A stretch of 63,828 bases of DNA, counting the filler, from Octopus bimaculoides (lineage: Eukaryota): NCBI RefSeq assembly GCF_001194135.2. It is 6 parts of 6 records of this genome, joined end to end, with 100 filler letters (N's around TTAATTAATTAA, not from the genome) between each part and the next. Parts side by side here need not be neighbours in the genome. Positions count along the whole stretch, not along the records: positions 25,278 to 34,589 come from NC_068986.1; positions 34,690 to 40,766 come from NC_068994.1; 4 more parts are not named here. One strand, given 5' to 3'. Shown piece after piece: positions 27,110-39,453 of the stretch. How positions within the stretch are numbered: the stretch's first letter is position 1; each line of letters opens with the position of its first letter. The notes under the pieces were generated by a model that made no database searches, was not told where the DNA came from, and saw only the letters and a list, made by a program, of their open reading frames with translations. A program made the position numbers and the translations under genes.

Positions 27110-27225
27110 ATTTAGTTTTATTTCAAGATTTCTTGCCAATAGAGAAAGAACCGGTTTCTAACCTAGATCCAAGGCTCCTTCATTGGAATTTCAACATCAA
27201 CAACAGGGAATTTTTGTTTATATGT
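27110..27225 (-). repeat. Second copy of the roughly 100-bp 3' terminus of the same RLE element
   Basis: TTTCAAGATTTCTTGCCAA...CTAACCTAGATCCAAGGCTCC..CATTGGAATTT.AACATCAAC is also present at 26527-26610. Confidence 0.8.
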
Positions 27226-27239
27226 ATGTATATTCTTTT

Positions 27240-27670
27240 TTCTTTATTTGTTTCAGTCATTTGACTGTGACCATGCTGGAGCACCGCCTTTAGTCGAGCA
27301 AATCGACCCCGGGACTTATTCTTTGTAAGCCTATTATTTATTCTATCGGTCTCTTTTGCCAAACCGCTAAGTTACATGCACGTAAACACCACCATCGGTT
27401 GTCGAGTGATGGTGGGGGAACAAACACAAGACACACAAACATATACACACATACATATATACGATGGGTTTCTTTCAGTTTCAATCTACGAAATCCACTC
27501 ACAAGGCTTTGGTCGGCTCGAGGCTATAGTAGAAGACACTTGCCCAAGGTGCCAGGCAGTGGGAATGAACCTGGAACCATNNNNNNNNNNAAGGTGCCAG
27601 GCAGTGGGAATGAACCTGGAACCATGTGGTTGGTAAGCAAGCTACTTACCACACAGCTACTCCTGCGCCT
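27240..27670 (-). mobile_element. Full-length family A SINE
   Basis: Same head, CORE, microsatellite and tail as 2432-2802. A 10-N gap has duplicated flanks at 27551-27625. Confidence 0.85.
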
Positions 27671-28015
27671 ATGTATGTATGTATGTCATTATTCAGCTAA
27701 TGCATGTATGTGATTTCGTATGTGTGTATGCTTACACCTTAGCCATACATTTTAGCTTACGGTTTTAGATGCTTCTGTGGTTATAACCAGACACTCACTC
27801 TTTCTGTCGTTGCTTCTAGCATCGAGAATGTGACAGCTGCAGAAAGAGAGGGCTGTTGCGAGTGAGCTGAGACGAGCAACGCTAAATGAAGTCGCGGGCT
27901 TAAGGTCACCATGCATTACCAGGTCGAAGATTTGGGCCCAGGAACATTTGCACCCTAACAGCTAGGTCACGGGGAGACAGATATAAGCTTTCCTATTGCA
28001 ATCGAACTGTTTTTT

Positions 28016-28151
28016 ATGGTGGTGTTGATGTGTTTACTGATGTGTGCTGGTGAGAATGATGAAGATGATGATGATGTTGTTGGCGATGTTCATGAAGGCG
28101 ACGACAGTGATGATGCTGCCTCTGCTGCTGCTGCTGCTGCTGCTGCCACTG

Positions 28152-28183
<32 letters not shown>

Positions 28184-28573
28184 GTTGATGATGATGGTCA
28201 GGAAGGGGAAGTGGATGACGACGACGACGACGATGATGATAATAATGATGATAGTAGCGGTGATGATGGTGAGGAGGAGGAGGAAGAGAAGGTGGAGAAA
28301 GACGTCGACGACAACGACGATGATGATGATGATGTTGACGATGATAAAGTAGGTTACAACAATACCAAACGCAATTGTTTCTATATTAAAAATATTCAAT
28401 GGAATCCACTGCTCGTATCAGTAAAAAAAAAACATTCCTCGAATGTGATGGTCTTTCCACAATACGAGAATAATCATCCCACGAGGGATTCACTCTCTAT
28501 GAGGTCCGTCTACCGATTATTAATGGCAGCCAAACGAACCCCTACACTACGTTCTTCTCTCTTTGCAAACTAA
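28016..28573 (+). CDS. Asp/Glu-rich low-complexity ORF, probably a (GAT)n by-product; coding status unproven
   Basis: ATG-initiated 185-aa frame with a hydrophobic start MVVLMCLLMCAG, poly-Ala and poly-Asp, and a possible donor AAA|GTAGGT at 28348/28349. No recognisable domain. Confidence 0.12.
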
Positions 28574-28879
28574 AACCACATTGGACATTTTGTTTATCTC
28601 GAGACCCCTAGGGTCCATATGAACGGTTACCCGCTTCCCATAGCTTATTTGAGGCCGAGATCAAAACGTTATCCTGAATGGAACTCTCGTCTGATACAAG
28701 GTTTGAGTACTGCAGTTTTTGAGAGGAGAGTACATGTCGGTTGTATCGATTCTAGTACTTCACTGGTACTTCATTTTATCAACAGCGGAAGAGGCGAAGT
28801 TGACCTCGGCGAGATTTGAACTCTAAAAGAGAAGAACCGATGGAGGTATTGCTAAGTGGTTTGTACAACCTCCTAACGA

Positions 28880-28951
28880 TTCTGCTGTCTGTCTGTCTGT
28901 CTGTCTGTCTGTCGCTCTATCTCTCTGTCTCTCTATCTCTCTGTCTCTCTA

Positions 28952-29004
<53 letters not shown>

Positions 29005-29075
29005 CTATTCACGTAGCTACCTGTCTGTCTGTCTGTCTATCTGTTTGACTGTCTGTGTGTCTGTCTGTCTGTCTG

Positions 29076-29120
<45 letters not shown>

Positions 29121-29258
29121 ATTCTTCTATCTTACTTATTCTACCGCTTTTCTCTCACACTTAATCTAACCTATTCTCCCTAATTTCTCTTCTTCTTCTT
29201 CTTCTTCTTCTTCTTCTTCTTCTTCTTCTTCTTCTTCTTCTCATTCTTCTTCTTCTTC

Positions 29259-29292
<34 letters not shown>

Positions 29293-29576
29293 ATATCTCT
29301 CCAATCGCTCTCCCATTTTCTCCCAACCTTTCTGCCGAACAATTATCACCTGCTTTACATTCAGTCTCATTTCTTTAACATTTCTATGCTCACTCTCTCT
29401 CCCTCTCTCTTCCACTCTCTCCCTCTCTTTCTCAACCCATCTCTTTTTCTCTGTCTTTTTGTCCCTCCTTCTGTCTCTTTCTCTCTCCTCTTCTGTCTCT
29501 CTATCTATCTACCTATCTCTTTTTCTGTTTTTCTGTCTCTCTTTCTCTCTTCCCTTCCGTCTCTTTCTCTTTCTGC

Positions 29577-29612
<36 letters not shown>

Positions 29613-29699
29613 ATATCTATCTCTCTATCTTTTACTTCCCTATATCTCTATTAGTCCTCCGTCTCATTCTCTCTCTCACAACTCCCTCCACTCTCTCTT

Positions 29700-29730
<31 letters not shown>

Positions 29731-29880
29731 TCCACCGATCTCCTAACCCTCTCCTATATCATTCCTGTCTATCGCCCTCTCCTTTTACCCTCTACATCTT
29801 CTCTCTATAATTCTCATAACTCTCTTCCAACTCTCTAAAGCCATTCATTTATTACCCTCCCATCTCTCTCATCTCTCCCT

Positions 29881-29928
<48 letters not shown>

Positions 29929-30090
29929 CCACCGATCTCCTAACCCTCTCCTATATCACCCTCTCCTTTTACCCTCTACATCTTCTCTCTGTAATTCTCA
30001 TAACTCTCTTCCAACTCTCTAAAGCCATTCATTTATTACCCTCCCATCTCTCTCATCTCTCCCTGCTTTCTCTCTCTTTCTCTCTCTATC

Positions 30091-30128
<38 letters not shown>

Positions 30129-30290
30129 CGTTCTCCGATCTCCCACTGTCACTCTCCCAACACTCTTCTCATCTCCTGTCTATTTCTCTTATCCCTCTCG
30201 AATATCTAATTTCATCTCCGGCTTCTGTTTCTCTCATATCGCATTCTTCTCTCTCTCTCTCTCTCTCTCTCCCTCCCCCTCCTCTGTCAT
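28880..30290. repeat. Polypyrimidine (CT/CTGT/CTT)n tract with an internal tandem duplication
   Basis: The roughly 160-bp block CCACCGATCTCCTAACCC...CTCCCTGCTTTC occurs at about 29731 and about 29928; the second copy has a short deletion. Confidence 0.9.
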
Positions 30291-31329
30291 CTGTACCACC
30301 ACTACTCCCCACGCGTTTCTGATACTCTTCCCTCTTCCCCCACCTCTGCCTCTTCCCCGGTGTTACTGCTAACAAAGTAAATAATCTAATAACCAGCTTA
30401 TCCTCGTGAAATTAATCGATTTTAGGCAAGGGTTCGATCGAAATGTCTGATGCGTACACAATTACAGTTGGTAAAGATGTGTACGCACTCACACACACGC
30501 ACATACACATGCACACACATGCATATATGAATATATATAAACACACACACACATATATAGGCATGCATATATATGCACATCTATAAATATAAAGATACGT
30601 ACACACACACACACACACACACTCATACACACACACATACATACATATATATATATATATATATNNNNNNNNNNNNNNNNNNNNNNNNNNNNNNNNNNNN
30701 NNNNNNNNNNNNNNNNNNNNNNNNNNNNNNNNNNNNNNNNNNNNNNNNNNNNNNNNNNNNNNNNNNNNNNNNNNNNNNNNNNNNNNNNNNNNNNNNNNNN
30801 NNNNNNNNNNNNNNNNNNNNNNNNNNNNNNNNNNNNNNNNNNNNNNNNNNNNNNNNNNNNNNNNNNNNNNNNNNNNNNNNNNNNNNNNNNNNNNNNNNNN
30901 NNNNNNNNNNNNNNNNNNNNNNNNNNNNNNNNNNNNNNNNNNNNNNNNNNNNNNNNNNNNNNNNNNNNNNNNNNNNNNNNNNNNNNNNNNNNNNNNNNNN
31001 NNNNNNNNNNNNNNNNNNNNNNNNNNNNNNNNNNNNNNNNNNNNNNNNNNNNNNNNNNNNNNNNNNNNNNNNNNNNNNNNNNNNNNNNNNNNNNNNATGT
31101 ATGCATGTATGTATGTATATATGTATATATGTATGTATGTATATATATACACATATAAACTCATGGTTATACACAGAAAGAAACAGACAAGATAGTGAAA
31201 GTAAAATGTTGGTACTTGGAGATTTAAATCTTGTTTTATTTATTTATTAATCTATTTATTTACTTATTTATTTATTTATTCATTTATTTACCTCGCGCGC
31301 GCGCGCGCGTGTGTGTGAGGAGGTTGTAT

Positions 31330-31566
31330 CCTTTTCGTGATGATCATGTTGATGATGATCGTGATGACGATTATAATAATGATAATGATGTCGATGACAG
31401 TTATTATAGTGCTGACGACGACGACGACGACGACGGCGATGACAATAATGATGATGATGCTTCTGCTGATGATGATGATAATGGTCATGATGGTGATGAT
31501 GACGATGATGACTCTTTCAATCACTACCGCAACTTCATTAACGCCACCACCACCACCACCACCACC

Positions 31567-31598
<32 letters not shown>

Positions 31599-31818
31599 GA
31601 CTACTACTACTACTTATATTTACCAATGTCAATATCGTTATTCTCATTATATCTCTTCATTTTCCTCCTCACACCCCTCATCAATTCCCCCCTCACTCAT
31701 CACCCTCTCTCCATCATCACAACCGCCGCCACCACCACCACCACCACCACTCATCATCATCATCATCATCATCATCATCGTCAACGTCATTATCATCATC
31801 AACGTCACCACCATCACC

Positions 31819-31868
<50 letters not shown>

Positions 31869-32163
31869 CATCACCACCACCATCCTCCTCCTCATCATCA
31901 TCATCGTCGTCATCGTCATCTTCAGCTTTGTTGATGTTGTTATCTAACTGGACTGATGTTTTTTCTTTATTTGTGTTTATTTTTTTCGGTGTTTATTTTT
32001 TTTCTTATTATTTTTACCTTTTTATATAATTTCCTTTACCGTATTTTCTCTGCTTTTCTTCGATGTTGGCGTCGGCGTCATCGTTGTCGCGCATTATTAT
32101 TTTTAGTTTCATTATTATTATCCTGATGATCATTATTATCATTTTCCTCGCCAATATCGTCGC

Positions 32164-32199
<36 letters not shown>

Positions 32200-32725
32200 C
32201 ATTATTATTATTATTATTATTGAGAATATCATCATTATCAGTTTACGTATTCCGCTATTGATGTTGTTGTTGCTGTCATCGCCCGGGTAGCTAACGGTGA
32301 TAATGATGCTGCGGCTAATGATGACGCTGATGACGTAGGATGATAATAACGACGACGACGGCGATGATGGTGATGATGATGACGATGACAACGACGATGA
32401 TGGTGATGATGACGACGACGACGACGATGACGATGATAATGATGATGACGATGACGATGATGATGATGATGATGATAATGATGATGACGTTGATAATGGT
32501 GATGCTGATGCTGATGGCGACGACGACGACTACGATGATGACGGTGATGATGATGATGATGATGGCGACGACGACGATTACGATGATGATGATGATGGTG
32601 ATGATGATGATGAAGGTGCAATAATAGCGGTTATTGATATAGCTGCAGCTGCCGCCGATGATGATTATGGTGATGAATAATGATGTGTTTTGTTGTAGCA
32701 ATTTTTTAGTTGTAATAACAATAGC

Positions 32726-32787
<62 letters not shown>

Positions 32788-33293
32788 CAGTAGTAGCAGT
32801 TGTTGTTGTTGATGTTATAGTTGTTATAGTTGCTTCCTTCTTTGGACGAAACAAAAAGATTCAATTAAAGAAGATAATAGAAGCGTTGTTATCGGACCGC
32901 TAAATATGCATTCATGTCCTTTTAATGGCTCATTCTCATCTCAATTAATGCAACACTAGAATTTGATAAGATTTCGCTTCCTTCATCTTTTAACATGGTA
33001 ACTCTGACAAAAAAAAAAAATAATAATAATGATAATAATAATAATGATGATAATAATAATAATAATAATGATGATGATACAAAATACAGAAAAATGGTGG
33101 AAACAGAAAAAAAAAATAAATAAAATTAAGCAAAGAAACATGAGAATAATAACAAGAAAAAAATAAAATGAGAAATATAAGAAAAAAATCGAAGAAATAA
33201 AGCGAACGGAATGCAAATAGTAAAGAAAAAGAAACAAAATCATGAACAGAAATAACGTTCCTGTTGTTGTTGTTGGTGGTGAGGATGATGCTA

Positions 33294-33325
<32 letters not shown>

Positions 33326-33576
33326 GATGAAGAAGACGGTGAAGATCTTCGTTACGATGTTAGTAATGATGACCAGGGCGATGATGATGATGAAGATGAT
33401 GATGATGACGATGACGATGATGATGACGATGACAATGACGATGACGAGGTTGATGATGATGATGATGATGGGGTCCAAGTTAATGATGATGACGATGACG
33501 AATGTGGTGCTGATGTCGGTGACGACGACGATGATGATGATGATAATGGTGATAGCGATGATGATAATAATGATAT

Positions 33577-33609
<33 letters not shown>

Positions 33610-33717
33610 CGAAGAAAGTAATGTTGATAATTAATATAAGAAAAACGAAAAAAAATAGCTATTACTAATACGAACAGTAATAGCGAAATGAATATTAACA
33701 ACGACAGTAATAACGAG

Positions 33718-33786
<69 letters not shown>

Positions 33787-33961
33787 ATACTGCTGCTGCT
33801 GCTGCTGCTGCCACTGAGGGAAGAATCGCAAGGAAGACAGCACACGTCCGGGAGAATGGGCCGCAGGGAGCAGCATGAAAGTCCAACAGCAACGGCAAAA
33901 GGCAACAACAAACACAACAGGAAGATGCTTACCGAAAGCAACGGAGACACCAACGGCATGT

Positions 33962-34028
<67 letters not shown>

Positions 34029-34455
34029 AGCTGGAGGGGAGGAGAACCGAGAACAACGCCTACCAGCTTGAACATACAACAAAGTAACATGGAGTTGATT
34101 GTGCTAATGAAGATGGCGGCGGCGAAAGGTTCTTGTGGCATTGCAGCAATGAGTAAGATAATGGCGTATACGACGACGACGACGACGACGACGATGATGA
34201 TGGTGATGATGATGAAGAGGATGATGTTGATGATGTTGATGAGGGGGGGAAGAGATGAAGGAGGAGTAAAGGGGATGACAACAACGGCTTTGGTAGTGGT
34301 GATTGGTGATGGTGACGATGGCTCTTCTGGTGTTGATGGTGAACGCGAACGGTGGTAGTGGTGGCGGACCACATGATGTAGATTACAATAACATTGACGA
34401 TTGCGATGATGATGGTAACGACGACGACGACGACGACAATTACGATGATGATGAA

Positions 34456-34487
<32 letters not shown>

Positions 34488-34589
34488 CGACGGTGGTGAT
34501 GATGATGATGATGATGACAGTGGTGATGATGATGATGATGATGATGATGACGATGATGACGACGTTGATGAAGATGATGATGATGATGA
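31330..34589. repeat. Mosaic trinucleotide array (GAT/CAT/CAC/ACT/GTA/AAT blocks)
   Basis: Directly visible; blocks switch strand orientation repeatedly. Confidence 0.9.
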
Positions 34590-34689
34590 NNNNNNNNNNN
34601 NNNNNNNNNNNNNNNNNNNNNNNNNNNNNNNNNTTAATTAATTAANNNNNNNNNNNNNNNNNNNNNNNNNNNNNNNNNNNNNNNNNNNN

Positions 34690-34732
<43 letters not shown>

Positions 34733-34733
<1 letters not shown>

Positions 34734-35275
34734 TGGGTTGGCAAGAAAGTAATTTCGGTTTTTCAGTGTGAAATAAAAGTCATTTTTTTTTTTCATGCAA
34801 AGAATGAAATTGAATCAATCATATATTTTCCATTTTGTTCGATGACTTTTGCCATTTTTCTTGTAACTCCATGATTCTGCGCTCATAGAACTTCTGGTCC
34901 TTATCAGCCAAAAACTGAAGCAAGTGCGATTTCAGGTCATCATCATTATTGAAAGTCTTACCATTCAAAGAATTTTGCAAACTTCGAAATAAATGGTAAT
35001 CTGATGGTGCAAGGTCAGGACTATGTGGTGGATGCGACATCACTTCCCAACCAAGCTCCAATAATTTCACAAGTTAGCAAAAACGTGCGTGGTCTAGCGT
35101 TTTGATGGTGGAACACAATTCCTTTACGATTTGCCAAATTTGGTTATTTTTCTTTGATTGCTTCCTCCAGTTTCATTGGTTGTTGACAGTAAACATCTGA
35201 ATTGATCGTTTGGTTCCTTGGAAGCATCTAAAAATACACAACACCTTTGTAATCCCACAAAATTGGTAGCTTGAC
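34733..35275 (-). mobile_element. Mariner (DD34D) 3' half with right TIR
   Basis: TA then TTGGGTTGGCAAGAAAGTAATTTCGGTTTT (mellifera/cecropia-like TIR). Translation includes WDYKGVVYF..PRNQTINSDVYCQQ, NARPH and LGWEVMSHPPHSPDLAPSDYHLFRSLQN. Confidence 0.9.
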
Positions 35276-35332
35276 CCTTTTTTATGCCATTCAGCTAATG
35301 AAACTGAAGGAAGCAATCAAAGAAAAATAGCA

Positions 35333-35515
35333 CAAAGAGTGAGAGAAAATTGGGGCGAAAGAGTACAACAGGGGTCGTCACCACCCCCTGCCGGAGCCTC
35401 GTGGAGCTTCAGGTGTTTTCGCTCAATAAACACACACAACGCCCGGTCAGGGAATCGAAATCGCGATCCTCCGACCTCGAGTTCGCTGCCCTAACCACTG
35501 GGCCATTGCGCCTCC
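35333..35515 (-). mobile_element. Family C tRNA-derived SINE 5' part
   Basis: The reverse complement GGAGGCGCAATGGCCCAGTGGTTAGGGCAGCG...TTTCGATTCCCTGACCGGGCGTTGTG matches 39454. Confidence 0.85.
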
Positions 35516-36283
35516 TAATTTAATTGTACCAACTACTAACCGTTAGACACGGATATTATAAGAAATAAGTGTCTCAGTATATGTATGTATGAATGTATGT
35601 ATGTATGCATGTGTTTGTATGTATACATGTATGTACCTATGCATCCATATATAGTTATATATATATATATGTGTGTATACATATATATGCATGTATGTAT
35701 GTACATATATACATATATACGTTATCTATATAACAAATAATATATTATATAGTATGTATATACACACACACATATATATATATATATACATACATAAGTG
35801 TGTATGTGCGTGTGTGTCTGTCTGTGTCTGTGTGTAGATATGCATATATCTGTACATATAAGTTTATGTGTGTGTGCGTATGTATGTGTGTGTGTGTGTG
35901 TGTGTGTGCGTTTACGTGTGTGCGCGCGCACGTATGCACTTTCGTCTTTGTGTACGACTGTGTATATGTGTGTATGTTATTAACCGTTCAGACACACACA
36001 AAGATGGCGACATCGTTTATTCTGAACTGATCCAGTGATATCGTATTAAACAATATAGACACGCGGATGTCAAGCACAGATTCACTCCTGACCTCGCGCA
36101 TACATGCACGAAGATATATGTATGCATGTGCGTGTGAATGCATGTGTATGTATGCATGTATGTATGTATGTATGTGTGTGTGTATGTACGTATGTATGTA
36201 TGTATGTATGTATGCTTGTATGTATTTAAGCATGTGTATGTGTCAGTGTGTATGTATGTATCTGTATGTACGTATGTATATAT

Positions 36284-36316
<33 letters not shown>

Positions 36317-36568
36317 CGTGTTTTTTGTGAATATGTATGTATGTATGTATGAATCTAGGTCCGAAGTGCATTCCAGATGTTTTGAGACTTTTTAGGAGAA
36401 GCAGTTATATCTGTTTTAGAATATTGTAATTTTAGTATATCATTACCATGTATCAAATAAGCTGACCTGCCAATTTCTGTTATACCAGGTTGAAGGACAC
36501 TGCTGTTATAGCACTTTGGACACACTCTACTAAACACTGCTTGTCACAACTTACTACTTTGCAGGATA

Positions 36569-37195
36569 CAGTCGGGAGGTGAAAACAATCCGGAAACTTG
36601 CTATGCAATAAAGTTTTGTCCTAAACTGGGCAAAAAAAAATGTTGCAGAAACTTAAACAATGCTGCAGATTGCTTATGAATTAACTTATATGAGCCGAGC
36701 GTGTGTTTTTCACTCCATAAGAGGCCATGCAAAGTAAGTCCACCAATAAACTCATGATGATCACCTTTTCCCCACAGTAAGGGCATCATCTACATCCACT
36801 GGGTTCTTTCCAGCCTGAGGGTCAACAAAGAGAACTTTGTGGAAGCTTTGAGGGAGTTCAGGAAGAGATTTCGTCGCAAAGGCCAGAGCATGCACCAGGA
36901 CAATGCACCAGTCCACAAGGACAATTCACCAGTCCACAAGGACAATGCACCAGTCCGCGAGGACAATGCACCAGTCCACAAGGACAATGCACCAGTCCAC
37001 AAGGACAATGCACCAGTCCACAAGTCCATCCTGGTAACCAACTTCTTAACAGAGATGGATATTAAAGCTGTCCCCCTCACCCTTCCTAGAGTCTAGACTT
37101 TGCTCCCGGGGACTTATGGTTGTTACCCAAGCTGAAAGAGAAGATGAGGGAGGCTATGACAAGAGTCCTGGACACTCGTCATGTTGGACCGTTTA
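36569..37195 (+). mobile_element. Internally deleted mariner element
   Basis: Translation YIHWV...VNKE.FVEALREFRKRFRRK, HQDNAPVH, then HPS*SLDFAPGDLWLLPKLKE (degenerate HPPYSPDLAPCDFWLFPKLK). Confidence 0.8.
36896..37021 (+). repeat. 21-bp minisatellite x6 encoding (K/Q/E)DNAPVH
   Basis: AAGGACAATGCACCAGTCCAC units in frame with the mariner ORF. Confidence 0.95.
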
Positions 37196-37240
37196 ACTCT
37201 GCACATTTTTTCCTCTCTCCGTTATTTTTTTTCTCTCAAT

Positions 37241-37278
37241 CCTTTCTGTCGAAGCGCGTAGGTTGGAAACGTAATTGA
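37241..37278 (+). ncRNA. Degenerate hammerhead motif, family D
   Basis: CCTTT-CTGTCGA-A-GCGC-gtag-GTTG-GAAAC-GTA-ATTGA is homologous to 25314-25350, but stems I and II are disrupted. Confidence 0.4.
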
Positions 37279-37369
37279 CTTTTCCATTCTTCCCGAGCGT
37301 TAAACTAATACGCCTGCTTGTTGGTCCTACGCCTGTCTACGTCTTTTCTTTTCTGTAAATTTCAACTAT

Positions 37370-37401
<32 letters not shown>

Positions 37402-37977
37402 CAAAATAAGCAACAAGGATATCCAGAGGTAATGCAGTACGATCGTTTCATGCAACTCCATTTAATTGAACAATGCAATCATTACATCAATTTAAAATGC
37501 AGAGCAATGCATACATACATGTATGTTTGTATGTATGTATGTATGTGGTAGGTATATACAACAAGTGCCCTGGAGTCAGAGGATCCCACTTTGAAAGAGA
37601 TTAACGTTTTGTATTTCCTTTCAAATTAATAAATGCTTTCTCCCGTAGAAGTCTCTAAGCCTCTGGAATGCACCTTGTATGTCTGTCAGTCTGTCTGTCC
37701 ATCTGTATGTATGTATGAAGCCCGTCGTATATGTGTGTATATCTTTTTGCTTGTGTTTTTCCCACCGCACTTCTTGAAAACTGATGTTAGTTTGTTTACA
37801 TCCCCGTAAGTTAGCGGTTCGGCATAGGAGACAGTACAATAAGTACCAGACTTTAAAAAAAAAAGTCCCATCGTCGATTTGTTCGACCAAAATCGTTCGG
37901 GACAATGCTTCAGCATGCCACAATCCAATCAGTGAAGCAAGTAAAAGAAGAAAAAGAAAAGACAATAATCACCAAAA

Positions 37978-38701
37978 GTCAAAAATCCGAAACAATCCTG
38001 TACAAATGTCTCTAGAATCATCCTTTTATTGTTTAGCTCTTCCTTCGCTGAAGCTTCTATATCTACAAGACGAATTTATCCATCCTTTACTCACACTTAA
38101 AGAATTTGGTCTTTGCCTTTTGACTTCACCGACAGATTACTCGAGCCGGTGAGCTGGCAGAAACGTTAGCACGCCAGGCGAAATGCTTAGCTGTATTTCG
38201 CCCNNNNNNNNNNNNNNNNNNNNNNNNNNNNNNNNNNNNNNNNNNNNNNNNNNNNNNNNNAGTCAAAAATCCGAAACAATCCTGTACAAATGTCTCTAGA
38301 ATCATCCTTTTATTGTTTAGCTCTTCCTTCGCTGAAGCTTCTATATCTACAAGACGAATTTATCCATCCTTTACTCACACTTAAAGAATTTGGTCTTTGC
38401 CTTTTGACTTCACCGACAGATTACTCGAGCCGGTGAGCTGGCAGAAACGTTAGCACGCCAGGCGAAATGCTTAGCTGTATTTCGCCCGTCTTTACGTTTT
38501 GAGTGGAAGCGCAATGGCCCAGTGGTTAGGGCAGCGGACTCGCGGTCAAAAATCCGAAACAATCCTGTACAAATGTCTCTAGAATCATCCTTTTATTTTT
38601 TAGCTCTTCCTTCGCTGAAGCTTCTATATCTACAAGACGAATTTATCCATCCTTTACTCACACTTAAAGAATTTGGTCTTTGCCTTTTGACTTCACCGAC
38701 A
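37978..38701. repeat. Near-identical tandem units of about 283 bp (units at 37978, 38262 and a partial unit at 38545)
   Basis: GTCAAAAATCCGAAACAATCC...CTTCACCGACA occurs three times; the first two units are separated by a 57-N gap. Confidence 0.85.
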
Positions 38702-39157
38702 ACGAAAACAATGGTCCCAAGCTGTATCGAACCATGTTGGCGGCCCTTCCCTTAGAAGTATACTAGTAGCGCGGTGAGGCCTCCTCAAAAACCTTGCCCG
38801 GACCTATATACACAAGAGCAGATATATGAGGAAAAGTCAAACTTGACTGATGCATTCCCTACATATGTGTATGTGTTTCTGTGTTTGTTTGTCTGTGAGT
38901 TTGTGTGTGAATGTGTTTGTTTATGTATGTATGTATGTCATACTTAATTTGTCAGTCAATTGTCTTGTGAATAATTATGAATAATATAAACGTTGTATCT
39001 ATATAGATTATATTTCCGATTTCGTTCCATAATTTATATGTCGATTGTCTTACGAATAATATAAATATTGTTATGTATAATAGATTATGTCTCCTATTTC
39101 GTTCCATAATTAAAGCGTTAAATACGCCGACCTTTGCGGAATAATATTAATTTCAAA

Positions 39158-39345
39158 TTTTGGCACAAGGCCAAGAATTTCGATTACATCGACCCCAGTG
39201 CTCAACAGGTACTTATTTTATCTACCCCCGAAATGATGAAAGGCAAAGTCGATCTCGGCGGCATTTGAGTTCAGAAGGTAAAGTCGGAAGAAATGCAGCT
39301 GAGCATTTTCCCCGGCACGGTAACGATTATGTCATCTTACCGCTC
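39158..39345 (-). mobile_element. Family B SINE
   Basis: Reverse complement of the family B body; head-to-head with the B copy starting at about 39375. Confidence 0.75.
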
Positions 39346-39453
39346 TCCTTTGCAGAGTAATACTACAGATTACTCGAGCCGGTGAGCTGGCAGAAACGTT
39401 AGCACGCCAGGCGAAATGCTTAGCTGTATTTCGCCCGTCTTTACGTTTTGAGT

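Noticed and set aside
26520-27225. LTR retrotransposon suggested by direct repeats flanking a coding fragment
   Set aside because: The fragment is an RLE domain of a non-LTR element, the repeats lack TG...CA ends, and they fit duplicated 3' termini.
33242-33634. Asp-rich ORF (also 34303-34641) as an acidic matrix protein
   Set aside because: No signal peptide or splice support; embedded in a (GAT)n mosaic where such frames arise by default.
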